NCBI GenBank assembly: GCA_017516445.1
Contig: JAFXCZ010000008.1
Location: 1,193-65,192 of the forward strand
DNA length: 64,000 nt
Source of the DNA: Clostridia bacterium
Lineage (GTDB): Bacteria > Bacillota > Clostridia > Oscillospirales > Acutalibacteraceae
Direction: 5' to 3'
The notes beneath the pieces were generated by a model. The model was given only the letters and a program-made list of their open reading frames with translations. It had not been told where the DNA came from and made no database searches. The position numbers and the translations under genes are program-made. Shown in pieces: positions 43,672-53,136 of this stretch (position 1 is the stretch's first letter; every line of letters begins with the position of its first letter).

Positions 43672-45027
43672 TTATATCGACGAGTGTGAGGTTCTGCAAA
43701 GCAGAGCTACACACTCAACATGACTGGTTCTTGGAAATAAATCACAAGGAGTATATTCGACAAGGTTATAGCCATTTTCGGAAAAAATTTTAATATCGCG
43801 CGCTAAGGTTGCGCTGTCGCAAGATACATACACAACAGTTTCGGGTTTGAATTCGTGGGCAATTGTTTCAATTACCTCTGCACTGCAACCCTTTCGCGGT
43901 GGGTCGACTATCACTGTGTCAGCGGTTATTCCCTCTTTAGCTAACTGACTGGCGGCGTCAGTAGCGTCTGCACAGATAAACCGCGCATTTTTTATGCCGT
44001 TTATCTGGGCATTATGCTTAGCGTCCTCGATAGCTTCGGGGATAATTTCTACCCCGATTATGCTCTTAGCCTCTTTAGCCATTGAAAGACCGATTGTACC
44101 TGCACCGCAGTAAAGGTCTATTATATTTTTGCCATCGGGTTTTGCATACTCGCGTGCCTTTTCGTAAAGCTTTTCTGCCATAGTATGATTAACCTGATAA
44201 AATGACAAGGGTGAGAGCCTTATTTTAACACCGCACAAAATATCGGTTATATAATCCTCACCGTAAACGGTTTTACATTTATCACCCAAAATAACATTGG
44301 TATCCTGCTTGTTTATATTTATCTGCAAGCTTTTTAAGCTGTCCCCGCAGACCGCCAAAAGTGAAGCTGTAAGCGAGTCACTTTCGGGTAAAAAGTCGCC
44401 GTTAATTACAAGACAAACCATTATTTCGTTTGTTTTTTCTGCCTTGCGAATATAAATATGACGTAAAAAGCCTGTATGTGTTTGCTCATTATAAATACTT
44501 ATATCGTTTTTCTTTGCCCAAGCGGTCACGGCTTGTGTTATCTCGCCAAAAATTTGCGGCTGTAAAAGGCAGTCTTCACAAGGAATTATTCTGTGAGAAT
44601 GGAACGCATAAAAGCCCGCACTATATTCCTGCGACAATGGATACTGCGCTTTATTGCGGTAACGGTCAGGCATACCAGCGAGTATGGGTTGCGGCTTCAT
44701 ATCCACCCCACCGATACGCTTAATATTCTCATAAACCTTATTTTCTTTTATTGCCTTTTCCGCCTCATAGCTTATATGCCTGTAAACACAGCCGCCACAC
44801 TGGTTAAAGCTTGGGCAAGCATTATCAATACGAGCCTTGGACAGCTTTACAAGGGACAAAAGCTTACCGTAGGCATAGGTTTTTTTAACCTTTAAAATCT
44901 TAACCCTTGCCCTGTCACCCACAGCAGTCAAAGGCACAAAAACCGCCATACCGTCAGCTTTACCCACACCGCTGCCGTCGGCTGTAACATCAACAATATC
45001 TAAAACAAATTCTTCATTTTTTTGCAT
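43672..45027 (-). CDS. rlmD: 23S rRNA (uracil-C5)-methyltransferase, RlmD/RumA family
   Basis: N-terminal TRAM domain, a Cys cluster CPSFNQCGGC, motif DLYCGAGTIG, and the catalytic VYVSCD region. Confidence 0.85.
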   Translation of the reverse strand: MQKNEEFVLDIVDVTADGSGVGKADGMAVFVPLTAVGDRARVKILKVKKTYAYGKLLSLVKLSKARIDNACPSFNQCGGCVYRHISYEAEKAIKENKVYENIKRIGGVDMKPQPILAGMPDRYRNKAQYPLSQEYSAGFYAFHSHRIIPCEDCLLQPQIFGEITQAVTAWAKKNDISIYNEQTHTGFLRHIYIRKAEKTNEIMVCLVINGDFLPESDSLTASLLAVCGDSLKSLQININKQDTNVILGDKCKTVYGEDYITDILCGVKIRLSPLSFYQVNHTMAEKLYEKAREYAKPDGKNIIDLYCGAGTIGLSMAKEAKSIIGVEIIPEAIEDAKHNAQINGIKNARFICADATDAASQLAKEGITADTVIVDPPRKGCSAEVIETIAHEFKPETVVYVSCDSATLARDIKIFSENGYNLVEYTPCDLFPRTSHVECVALLCRTSHSSI

Positions 45028-45035
45028 ACTTTTAA

Positions 45036-45238
45036 ATCCTTTTCATATTAAAGGCTCCCTCCCCGAGGGAGCTGTCGAGCGCATGCGAGACTGAGGGAGT
45101 TATATCCTTTTCATATTCAAGGCTCCCTCCCCGAGGGAGCTGTCAACGAAGTTGACTGAGGGAGTTACTCCTTCCACCAACGCAAAGCGTTGGTCCCCCC
45201 TCCCTCATAGAGGGAGGCTTTTAGAGGGAAATGAAGGC
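45036..45238 (+). repeat. composite hairpin repeats A1-A2-B1 (left flank of the DUF559 gene)
   Basis: Two tandem A units start at 45036 and 45104 (ATCCTTTTCATATT.AAGGCTCCCTCCCCGAGGGAGCTGTC..CTGAGGGAGTTA), then a B unit from 45167 (ACTCCTTCC..CCTCCCTCATAGAGGGAGGCTTTTAGAG). Confidence 0.85.
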
Positions 45239-45595
45239 TCATATAGAAGTTTTTACAACCATATCTATATACTCACAAACCCCTCTGAAGTTTTCATTTA
45301 TTTGTTTATTATCTATCCTAATAACTTTTAAATCATAGCCTTCTAAAATTTCGGTTCTAAATGCATCTTTTTTCTTTCCCTGTTCAGTAAAGTGCTGTGA
45401 ACCATCAATTTCAATAATCAATTTTGCTTTGTGGCAGTAAAAATCTGCAATAAAATTTCCTATTGCTTTTTGCCTTTGGAATCGTATTTCATACTTAGAT
45501 AAAAAATCATACCACAAATGATTTTCTTGCCGCGTAGCATTTTTACGTAATTTTTTAGCGAGTACAATATTCTTTCCGTTATAATTCAAAGACAT
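45239..45595 (-). CDS. DUF559 (Vsr-like endonuclease fold) domain protein
   Basis: LRKNATRQENHLWYDFL...FQRQKAIGNFIADFYCHKAKLIIEIDGSQH is the typical DUF559 core. AT-rich gene with its own AGGAGA SD. Confidence 0.85.
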   Translation of the reverse strand: MSLNYNGKNIVLAKKLRKNATRQENHLWYDFLSKYEIRFQRQKAIGNFIADFYCHKAKLIIEIDGSQHFTEQGKKKDAFRTEILEGYDLKVIRIDNKQINENFRGVCEYIDMVVKTSI

Positions 45596-45731
45596 AGAAT
45601 ATCTCCTGAATTTATTTTTATAAGTATAACATATTGTGCAAAAAAATAAAAGCCTAAAAAGGCTTTTATTTTTTGAATTTCTATCAATAAGTTTTATGTG
45701 ACCGACAAAATAGTTTACATTTCCGTATTAA

Positions 45732-45979
45732 CGGCTCACTCCTCGAAGGAGCTGTCAACGAAGTTGACTGAGGGAGTTACTCCTTCCGTCACGCTTCGCG
45801 TGCCACCTCCCTCATAGAGGGAGGCTTTTAGAGGAAAATGATGCGACTCCTTCCGTCACGCTTCGCGTGCCACCTCCCTCATAGAGGGAGGCTTTTAGAA
45901 GAAAGTGATGTGACTCCTTCCGTCACGCTTCGCGTGCCACCTCCCTCATAGAGGGAGGCTTTTAGAAGAAAATGATGTA
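45732..45979 (+). repeat. composite hairpin repeats A3-B2-B3-B4 (right flank of DUF559), including 3 tandem 67-bp B units
   Basis: The A variant lies at 45732-45778. B units start at 45779, 45846 and 45913 (exact period 67 nt) and are almost identical. Confidence 0.9.
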
Positions 45980-45981
45980 AT

Positions 45982-46413
45982 TTATCCTATTTGCAAATCC
46001 TTAGCTTCGGCAATAACAATTCCCTTAGCCTTTAAAATATCGGTAGCCTTTTCGGCATCCTCAACCTGCATAATCATATATGCCTTTCCGTTCTGGTGAC
46101 CGAAGATTGAGTACATATAATGAACATCAATGCTCTCGTTTGCCAAAATCTCCAAAACCTCACTCAAAGCACCCGGCTTATCATCAATAGCGATAGCCAA
46201 AACAGGTGTTTCGGTAAAGATAAGGCTTTCTGCTTTAAGCACCTTTTCAGCCAAAGCGTTATCAGCCGTAATCATTCTAAGCAGTCCGTAATCGGCAGTT
46301 TCAGCAATATTGATTGCACGTAAATCTACCTTATTATCAGACAAAATCTTAGTAACATTTAAAAGCGCGCCTGCTTTATTTTCCAAAAATACAGTAATCT
46401 GATTTATAGCCAT
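45982..46413 (-). CDS. ACT domain-containing protein (tandem ACT)
   Basis: Motifs ITVFLENKAGALLNVTKILS and AIAIDDKPGALSEVLEIL. ATG at 46413 follows AAGGAG. It is commonly paired with paaK-like ligases. Confidence 0.8.
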   Translation of the reverse strand: MAINQITVFLENKAGALLNVTKILSDNKVDLRAINIAETADYGLLRMITADNALAEKVLKAESLIFTETPVLAIAIDDKPGALSEVLEILANESIDVHYMYSIFGHQNGKAYMIMQVEDAEKATDILKAKGIVIAEAKDLQIG

Positions 46414-46425
46414 AATACACACTCC

Positions 46426-47724
46426 TTAAATTTTACGCTTATCAATAACGCGAACAGCCTTGCCCTCACTACGAGCAATAGTCTTGGGGTCTACAAGGCG
46501 TACCTTAGCATAAATGCCAAGCATTGCCTTTAAAGCAGATACAAGATTCTTTTCCATTTCGGTAATCTTGCCAAGTGAATCGGAGAAAATTTCAGGTGTC
46601 ATCTCAACCAAAACTTCAATAGTGTCGCTGTGGTTTACACGGTCAACAACAATCTGATAGTTTGCAGGGTATCCGTTTTCAAGAAGCACTGCCTCAATTT
46701 GTGACGGGAATACGTTAACACCCTTAACAATAAGCATATCGTCGCTTCTGCCCATAGGCTTTTTCATTTTAACAAGTGTTCTTCCGCAAGAGCATTTTTC
46801 GCGGGTTAAAACAGTAATATCCTTTGTTCTGTAGCGTAAAAGCGGGAAGCCCTCTTTAGTAATAGAAGTGAATACCAATTCACCCTGACTGCCCTCAGGT
46901 AAAACCTCAAGTGTATCGGGGTCGATAATCTCGGCAATAAAGTGGTCCTCATTAATGTGCATACCTGTCTGCTCAGAGCATTCAAAAGCAACACCTGGAC
47001 CGCTTGTTTCGGTAAGACCGTAAATATCATAAGCCTTAATACCAAGCTTTTCTTCAATATCGTGGCGCATTTCCTCACTCCATGCTTCTGCACCGAAGAT
47101 ACCTGCTTTAAGCTTGATTTTGTCGCGAAGACCGCGCTCGTGAATGCTTTCTGCCAAGTATTCAGCGTATGATGGTGTGCAACAAATAATAGTAGTATTC
47201 AAATCAGTCATAAACTGAAGCTGTCTGTCGGTATTACCCGAAGACATAGGAAGAGTAAGGCAACCAACCTTATGACTACCGCCGTGCATTCCGCTACCGC
47301 CCGTGAAAAGACCGTAGCCGTAAGCCACTTGACAAACATCCTCATTTGTACCGCCTGCTGCCACAATAGCTCGCGCACAACAGTCCTCCCACAAATCAAC
47401 ATCGTGCTGAGTATAAAAAGCCACAACACGCTTACCTGTGGTGCCCGAAGTAGAATGTATTCTTACGCAATCCTTTAAATCAGCACCTAAAAGACCGTAT
47501 GGGTAAGCGTCACGCAAATCATCCTTTGTTAAAAAAGGTAATTTATATAAATCATCTATACCCTTTATGTCATCGGGCGTAACGCCCTTTTCTTCCATTT
47601 TTTTACGGTAGTAAGGAACATTATCCCAAACGTGCTTAACCTGTACGACAAGGCGCTCGTTCTGTAAAGCTATCATTTCTTCGCGGGAAACACATTCAAT
47701 ATCCTTTTGATAATATCTTTCCAT
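46426..47724 (-). CDS. paaK: phenylacetate--CoA ligase family protein
   Basis: Motif IHSTSGTTGKRVV for the AMP-binding core. Size of 432 aa and C-terminal domain are typical of PaaK. Confidence 0.9.
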   Translation of the reverse strand: MERYYQKDIECVSREEMIALQNERLVVQVKHVWDNVPYYRKKMEEKGVTPDDIKGIDDLYKLPFLTKDDLRDAYPYGLLGADLKDCVRIHSTSGTTGKRVVAFYTQHDVDLWEDCCARAIVAAGGTNEDVCQVAYGYGLFTGGSGMHGGSHKVGCLTLPMSSGNTDRQLQFMTDLNTTIICCTPSYAEYLAESIHERGLRDKIKLKAGIFGAEAWSEEMRHDIEEKLGIKAYDIYGLTETSGPGVAFECSEQTGMHINEDHFIAEIIDPDTLEVLPEGSQGELVFTSITKEGFPLLRYRTKDITVLTREKCSCGRTLVKMKKPMGRSDDMLIVKGVNVFPSQIEAVLLENGYPANYQIVVDRVNHSDTIEVLVEMTPEIFSDSLGKITEMEKNLVSALKAMLGIYAKVRLVDPKTIARSEGKAVRVIDKRKI

Positions 47725-47726
47725 TT

Positions 47727-48305
47727 TTACACCTCGTAATCTCTGCCCAAAGCAAATGCTTTTTTGTTAAGCTCCAAGAACTTAGGCGGAACGCTTTGCT
47801 CAATAGCCGCAAGCCATTCTTCCTCAGTAAAATCAAACTGCTTTGAAAGTCTGCCCATAAGAACTATATTAACTGCCTTAGAGCTTCCTGCTTTCTCGGC
47901 TAAGGATAAAGCATCTAAAGCATCCAAATTAATTCCCTTTTCTTTAAGCTTATTTTCAAGGTTTTGGGGATATTCTTGCGCGCCTGTAATTACCGGCATA
48001 GGATTAACCTGTTGAGTATTGGTAATAATTACGCCGTCTTTCTTTAAATACTCTGCCCAACGTGCCGCTTCAAGCATTTCAAAGGAAACAATAACGTCAG
48101 CCTCGCCCTTATCAATAACAGGAGAATAAACCTTATCACCGTAGCGCACATAGGTAACAACACTACCGCCGCGCTGGCTCATACCGTGAACTTCACTTAC
48201 CTTAACGTCATAGCCCTTACCCAAAAGTAACTTACCCAAAAGCTTACTTGCCAGAAGTGTACCCTGACCGCCAACGCCTACTATCATAATATTTTTGGTT
48301 TGCAT
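47727..48305 (-). CDS. iorB: indolepyruvate ferredoxin oxidoreductase subunit beta
   Basis: Motif IMIVGVGGQGTLLASKLLG (POR gamma-type domain). Its start lies next to the iorA stop. Confidence 0.9.
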   Translation of the reverse strand: MQTKNIMIVGVGGQGTLLASKLLGKLLLGKGYDVKVSEVHGMSQRGGSVVTYVRYGDKVYSPVIDKGEADVIVSFEMLEAARWAEYLKKDGVIITNTQQVNPMPVITGAQEYPQNLENKLKEKGINLDALDALSLAEKAGSSKAVNIVLMGRLSKQFDFTEEEWLAAIEQSVPPKFLELNKKAFALGRDYEV

Positions 48306-50050
48306 TATTTATCCCCCTTTACGCTTTCGAAAACATCAAATTTACACATTTGCGAGCATACGCCACAGCCTGTGCAAAGGGTGTTATCAATCTTAACCTT
48401 GCCGTTTTCCATACTAACAGCAGGGCAACCGATTTGCATACACATTTTACAGCCTACGCATTTATCGGTATTAGTCTTTATTGGTCCTGCATGCTTAACA
48501 TATTTAAGTAGCGCACAGGGACGGCGGGAGATAATAACCGAAGGCTCAGCCTTAGCTAATTCCTCTTTTATAACAGCATCGCACTCAGCCAAATTATAGG
48601 GGTCTACAACACGAACGCTATTAATACCCACACTGCGACAAAGTGCTTCAAGATTAATTTTAGAAGCAGGGTCACCCTTTAAATTATAGCCTGTAGTGGG
48701 GTTTTGCTGATGACCTGTCATACCTGTAATAGAGTTATCTAAAATAATTACGGTAGAATTAGAATCATTATAAGCGATATTTATAAGCCCTGTAACACCC
48801 GAGTGCATAAAGGTGCTGTCACCAATAACAGCAACGGTTTTGCCGTCGGTAGCACCCTCGTTTGCCTTATTAAAGCCGTGAAGACTGGAAACGCTGGCGC
48901 CCATACAAATAGTGGTATCAATAGCATTTAAAGGTGCTACCGCGCCCAAGGTATAACAACCAATATCACCAAGAACGGTAAGCTTATTCTTTTTAAGGGT
49001 ATAGAAAAGACCGCGGTGCGGACAGCCTGCGCACATAACAGGCGGACGCATTGGAATATTTTCTTCTAATGCTTTACCGCAAGGAACCTCTGCACCCAAT
49101 TTTTCGGCAACAATGTTCTGTGAAAATTCACCGATAAGACCAAAAAGCTCCTTACCGCAAACCTGTACACCGATATTTTTGCAGTGTGTCTCGATTATGC
49201 CGTCAAGCTCCTCAACAACGATAACCTTTTCTACGCTGTTTGCAAAATCCTTGATTTTATTAACAGGGAGCGGATTTATCATACCAAGCTTTAACACAGG
49301 GTACTTGTCACCGCAGACCTCTTTTACATACTGATAGCTTGTAGAAGAAGTGATAATACCAACAGTATTATCCTTACCATCTTCTACGCGGTTGAAAAAT
49401 GCAATTTCGGCATAATCGGTAAGTGCTAAGGTACGCTCTTCAACAATTGGGTGACGCTTTTTAGCGTTACCGGGCATCATTATGTATTTAGCGCCGTCCT
49501 TAACATATTCCTTTTGCGCAAAATCTGCCCTTTCACACTCTTCAATAACACTTTGGGAATGTGCCACACGGGTGCACATTTTAAGAAATACGGGGGTGTC
49601 AAACTTTTCCGAAATCTCAAAAGCCTCTTTTACAAAGGCAATAGATTCTGCACTGTCGCTCGGCTCTAACATCGGTATTTTAGATGCTATTGCATAATGG
49701 CGAGAATCCTGCTCATTTTGAGAAGAGTGCATACCGGGGTCGTCAGCAACACCGATAATAAGACCGCCGTTAACACCTGTGTATGCTACTGTGAAAAGCG
49801 GGTCAGCCGCAACGTTTACACCAACGTGCTTCATACCGCAAAAGCTTCTTTTACCTGCAAGGCTTGCGCCGAAAGCGGTTTCTAGTGCTACCTTTTCATT
49901 AGGCGCCCATTCGGCATAAATCTCCTTATATTTTGCGGCATATTCTGTAATTTCGGTACTGGGAGTACCTGGATAGCTTGAAACAAAGGAACAGCCTGCC
50001 TCATAAAGACCGCGGGCTACTGCCTCGTTACCGAGCATTAATTTTTTCAT
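48305..50050 (-). CDS. iorA: indolepyruvate ferredoxin oxidoreductase subunit alpha
   Basis: TPP-binding GDSTFMHSG, and a C-terminal 2x[4Fe-4S] with CVGCKMCMQIGCP and CTGCGVCSQMC. Confidence 0.9.
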   Translation of the reverse strand: MKKLMLGNEAVARGLYEAGCSFVSSYPGTPSTEITEYAAKYKEIYAEWAPNEKVALETAFGASLAGKRSFCGMKHVGVNVAADPLFTVAYTGVNGGLIIGVADDPGMHSSQNEQDSRHYAIASKIPMLEPSDSAESIAFVKEAFEISEKFDTPVFLKMCTRVAHSQSVIEECERADFAQKEYVKDGAKYIMMPGNAKKRHPIVEERTLALTDYAEIAFFNRVEDGKDNTVGIITSSTSYQYVKEVCGDKYPVLKLGMINPLPVNKIKDFANSVEKVIVVEELDGIIETHCKNIGVQVCGKELFGLIGEFSQNIVAEKLGAEVPCGKALEENIPMRPPVMCAGCPHRGLFYTLKKNKLTVLGDIGCYTLGAVAPLNAIDTTICMGASVSSLHGFNKANEGATDGKTVAVIGDSTFMHSGVTGLINIAYNDSNSTVIILDNSITGMTGHQQNPTTGYNLKGDPASKINLEALCRSVGINSVRVVDPYNLAECDAVIKEELAKAEPSVIISRRPCALLKYVKHAGPIKTNTDKCVGCKMCMQIGCPAVSMENGKVKIDNTLCTGCGVCSQMCKFDVFESVKGDK

Positions 50051-50128
50051 TAGTTACACCTCTATAAAATATTACAACATATTATTATATGATAAAAATC
50101 TACTAAAATCAACTAAAAAGATGGTTTT

Positions 50129-51349
50129 TTACGGACGTTTAATGCTTAAATTAAGCATTAAAGCCATAACGGCAAGAATTAAAAGTGAAATAAACGGAGC
50201 TACATAACTGCCAAAGCTATTTAACAAGTTGCTACAAGCAGTAGCCATAAAGGACGTACAAATAAGATGGCAGTTCATTATACTGAAATTTGAAGCAAAA
50301 TGCTTTTGACCGTAAAAAGCAGATACAAATGCAGTCGCCACCGTAGGACAAGTACCATAAGATAAACCCGTTAAACAGAGACCTATAACACATATAACCA
50401 AAGAATCAGTTACAACCGATAAAAGCGTAGTGCCTGCCGCTACTATGGTTAAAATTGTAGCAAAAAGCATGGTTTTTCGCCTACCGAAATAATCAAACAA
50501 AGCGCCCGTAATAATTCTTCCCAATCCGTTACAAACAGCTAAAACACCAACAAGGGTTGTCGCCAAGGTAACCTTTGCACCAACCGAAAGCGCCAAATCT
50601 CGCGCAAAGCTTATAACCGAATTGCCAACCGCCGCTGCAAAAGCCAGAAGCAAAAATGCACGCCAAAAAGAAGAGCGTTTTAACATTTCTTTTGTGGTAT
50701 AATCCGTTTGTTCAAAATCTTCTGAGCAGCTTTTACCCTTTTTCTTTGATTTTGGTAAAACCGCATCATCTTGGGGACGCTTTAAAAATAAACTCACAAC
50801 ACCCAAAACAACAAAAAGCGCAATTCCCAAACAAATATATGTACCTCGCCAACCAAGATTGCTTTTAAAAGCCAAATCAGCAATATTGCCAAGTATAAGA
50901 GAGCTTGCGCCAAAGCCCATCATAAGTGCGCCTGTGCAAAAGCCTTTTTTATCAGGGAACCAAGCGGTAACGGTAGAAATCACCACATTGTAAGCAATGC
51001 CTATACCAAGCCCTGCCAAAACCGCATAGGTAAAATACAGCACTACCACATTAGTGCTGTCTAAAATGCCTGTAAATGCCATACCGCATCCCGCCATTAA
51101 GGCCGAACCGAGCCCCGACGCCTTAACACCGATTTTACGAGACAAAAAGCTACCCAAAAGACCGCCCAAACAGAAAGAACACATTGTAAGCGTAAAGTTG
51201 AGGGAAAGCTCATTTACCTTCCAACCAAAATCCTCAACAAAGGGTACCTTAAGGATTGACCAAGCATAGATAATTCCGGCAAACAGCATTGCAAATACTG
51301 ATGCTGCAAGAATAATCCACCTATATGAATTTTTTACATTATTACTCAT
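50129..51349 (-). CDS. MFS transporter (oxalate/formate antiporter-like subfamily possible)
   Basis: 12 predicted TM segments in a 6+6 layout with a central charged loop. Confidence 0.8.
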   Translation of the reverse strand: MSNNVKNSYRWIILAASVFAMLFAGIIYAWSILKVPFVEDFGWKVNELSLNFTLTMCSFCLGGLLGSFLSRKIGVKASGLGSALMAGCGMAFTGILDSTNVVVLYFTYAVLAGLGIGIAYNVVISTVTAWFPDKKGFCTGALMMGFGASSLILGNIADLAFKSNLGWRGTYICLGIALFVVLGVVSLFLKRPQDDAVLPKSKKKGKSCSEDFEQTDYTTKEMLKRSSFWRAFLLLAFAAAVGNSVISFARDLALSVGAKVTLATTLVGVLAVCNGLGRIITGALFDYFGRRKTMLFATILTIVAAGTTLLSVVTDSLVICVIGLCLTGLSYGTCPTVATAFVSAFYGQKHFASNFSIMNCHLICTSFMATACSNLLNSFGSYVAPFISLLILAVMALMLNLSIKRP

Positions 51350-51364
51350 ATTAAGTCACCTTGA

Positions 51365-52999
51365 CTAACTGTTAATTTGCGCCTCTACAAGTCCGTCAGG
51401 GCAGTATTTTTTACGAAGCGCAGGTTTTTCAATTTTGCCCGTTGGATTACGGGGAACCTTATCAAAAATAATCTTTCTGGGTCTTGTATAACGAGGCAGT
51501 TCTTTGCAAAATTCATTTATTTCTTCCTCGGTACAATCTATTCCCTCTTTTACCTCTACAATAGCAGTGGCAATTTCACCTAAACGCGAATCGGGAAGAC
51601 CAATTACTGCAACGTCCTTAACCTTTTGAAATTTACGAAGTAGATTTTCAATCTGAACAGGATAAATATTCTCGCCGCCCGAGATTACAACATCTTTCTT
51701 GCGGTCAACAAGATAGATAAATCCGTCTTGGTCCTTTTTAGCCATATCGCCCGTATAAAGCCAACCGTCTTTTAGAATTTCATCGGTAGCTTCGGGATTT
51801 TTATAATAACAATCCATTACACCTGGGCCCTTGACCGCCAATTCACCTATATCTCCGTCAGCAACCTCGTTGCCGTTTTCATCAATAATTTTAACTTCCC
51901 AAAGGTATCCCGCTTTACCGATAGCGCCAACCTTATGAACATTTTCCACACCTAAATGCACACAGCCGGGGCCTATAGATTCACTAAGACCGTAGTTAGT
52001 ATCGTACTGATGATTCGGGAAATGTTTAAGCCAACGCTTTACAAGACTTGGCGGTACAGGCTGTGCGCCGATATGCATAAGACGCCATTGTGATAAAAGG
52101 TAGTCCTCCATATTAAGCTTGCCAGACTCAATAGAATCAAGCAAATCCTGTGCCCACGGCACCAAAAGCCATACTATTGTGCATTTTTCTTCGGTAACGG
52201 TACGTAAAATCCATTCAGGCTTAACACCGCGGAGTAATACAGCCTTGCTACCCGACAAAAGACTGCCAAACCAGTGCATTTTAGCACCTGTATGATAAAG
52301 CGGAGGTATGCAAAGGAAAACATCCTCACGTGTTTGTCCGTGATGATTTTGCTCAGTTTTGCAAGAAGCCAACAATGCTCTGTGTCTATGTAAAATAGCC
52401 TTAGGGAAGCCTGTTGTGCCCGAGGAAAAATAAATTGCCGCGTAATCGTCCTCATCCAATGCCACAGGCGGTGCCGAGGTTGAGCAATATGTCATAAGCT
52501 CTTCACAGTTTTCGGTATAAAAAGGTTTATCCTTACCGACAAAAAGCATAGTTTTAACCTGAGGTAAATCTTTATATACCGTATCCATACGTCCTGTAAA
52601 CTCGGGCCCGAAAACCAAAACCTCACAATCGGCAAGCTCTAAGCAATACTTAATTTCATCCCCAGAATAGCGGAAGTTAAGCGGTACTGCAAGGCAGCCT
52701 GCCTTTAAAATACCAAAATATATAGGAAGCCATTCTAAAGAGTTCATCAAAAGAATTGCAACCTTTGTTCCCTTTTTTATACCGCGGCTTAAAAGCAGAT
52801 TTGCAAAGCGGTTGGCTTTACGGTCAAAATCCGACCAAGTCATCTCTCTGCGATAGGGCGCACCGTTTGCGCTTTCTATAAGACTTGCCTCGCGCCAGGT
52901 AACCGCACTGTCACGCTCTTCAGACGGGTTAACCTCAACAAGCGCAATCTCGTTGCCGTAAAGGCGGGCATTTCTTTCCAATAAATCTGTAATTACCAT
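51365..52999 (-). CDS. AMP-dependent acyl-CoA synthetase/ligase
   Basis: Motifs FSSGTTGFPKA, YGLSES and GWLYTGD. ATG at 52999 follows GGGGGA. Confidence 0.85.
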   Translation of the reverse strand: MVITDLLERNARLYGNEIALVEVNPSEERDSAVTWREASLIESANGAPYRREMTWSDFDRKANRFANLLLSRGIKKGTKVAILLMNSLEWLPIYFGILKAGCLAVPLNFRYSGDEIKYCLELADCEVLVFGPEFTGRMDTVYKDLPQVKTMLFVGKDKPFYTENCEELMTYCSTSAPPVALDEDDYAAIYFSSGTTGFPKAILHRHRALLASCKTEQNHHGQTREDVFLCIPPLYHTGAKMHWFGSLLSGSKAVLLRGVKPEWILRTVTEEKCTIVWLLVPWAQDLLDSIESGKLNMEDYLLSQWRLMHIGAQPVPPSLVKRWLKHFPNHQYDTNYGLSESIGPGCVHLGVENVHKVGAIGKAGYLWEVKIIDENGNEVADGDIGELAVKGPGVMDCYYKNPEATDEILKDGWLYTGDMAKKDQDGFIYLVDRKKDVVISGGENIYPVQIENLLRKFQKVKDVAVIGLPDSRLGEIATAIVEVKEGIDCTEEEINEFCKELPRYTRPRKIIFDKVPRNPTGKIEKPALRKKYCPDGLVEAQINS

Positions 53000-53136
53000 T
53001 ATATCCCCCAAAAAAAGATAATATTTCTAATGTAGAACATTTTAACACTTTAAAGCGATAATGTCAAGCAGTATTATTGACTTTTTCCGCATTTTATGAT
53101 ATATTTTCACTTATCAAAACGCAAACGGAGAAAGCC

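Noticed and set aside
43672-43720. Nested inverted repeat (GAGTGTG..TCTGC-AAA-GCAGA..CACACTC) at the 3' end of rlmD
   Set aside because: It overlaps the last codons and the stop of rlmD and has no U-tract directly after it. It is probably just a weak transcript-end structure and is not distinctive enough to call.
45779-45979. Three regularly spaced 67-bp repeats that could be mistaken for a CRISPR array
   Set aside because: The units are contiguous, with no unique spacers between them. Each unit contains two hairpins and a variable tail, so the repeat is not 25-40 nt long. No cas genes are nearby. They belong to the A/B hairpin repeat family that flanks the DUF559 gene.
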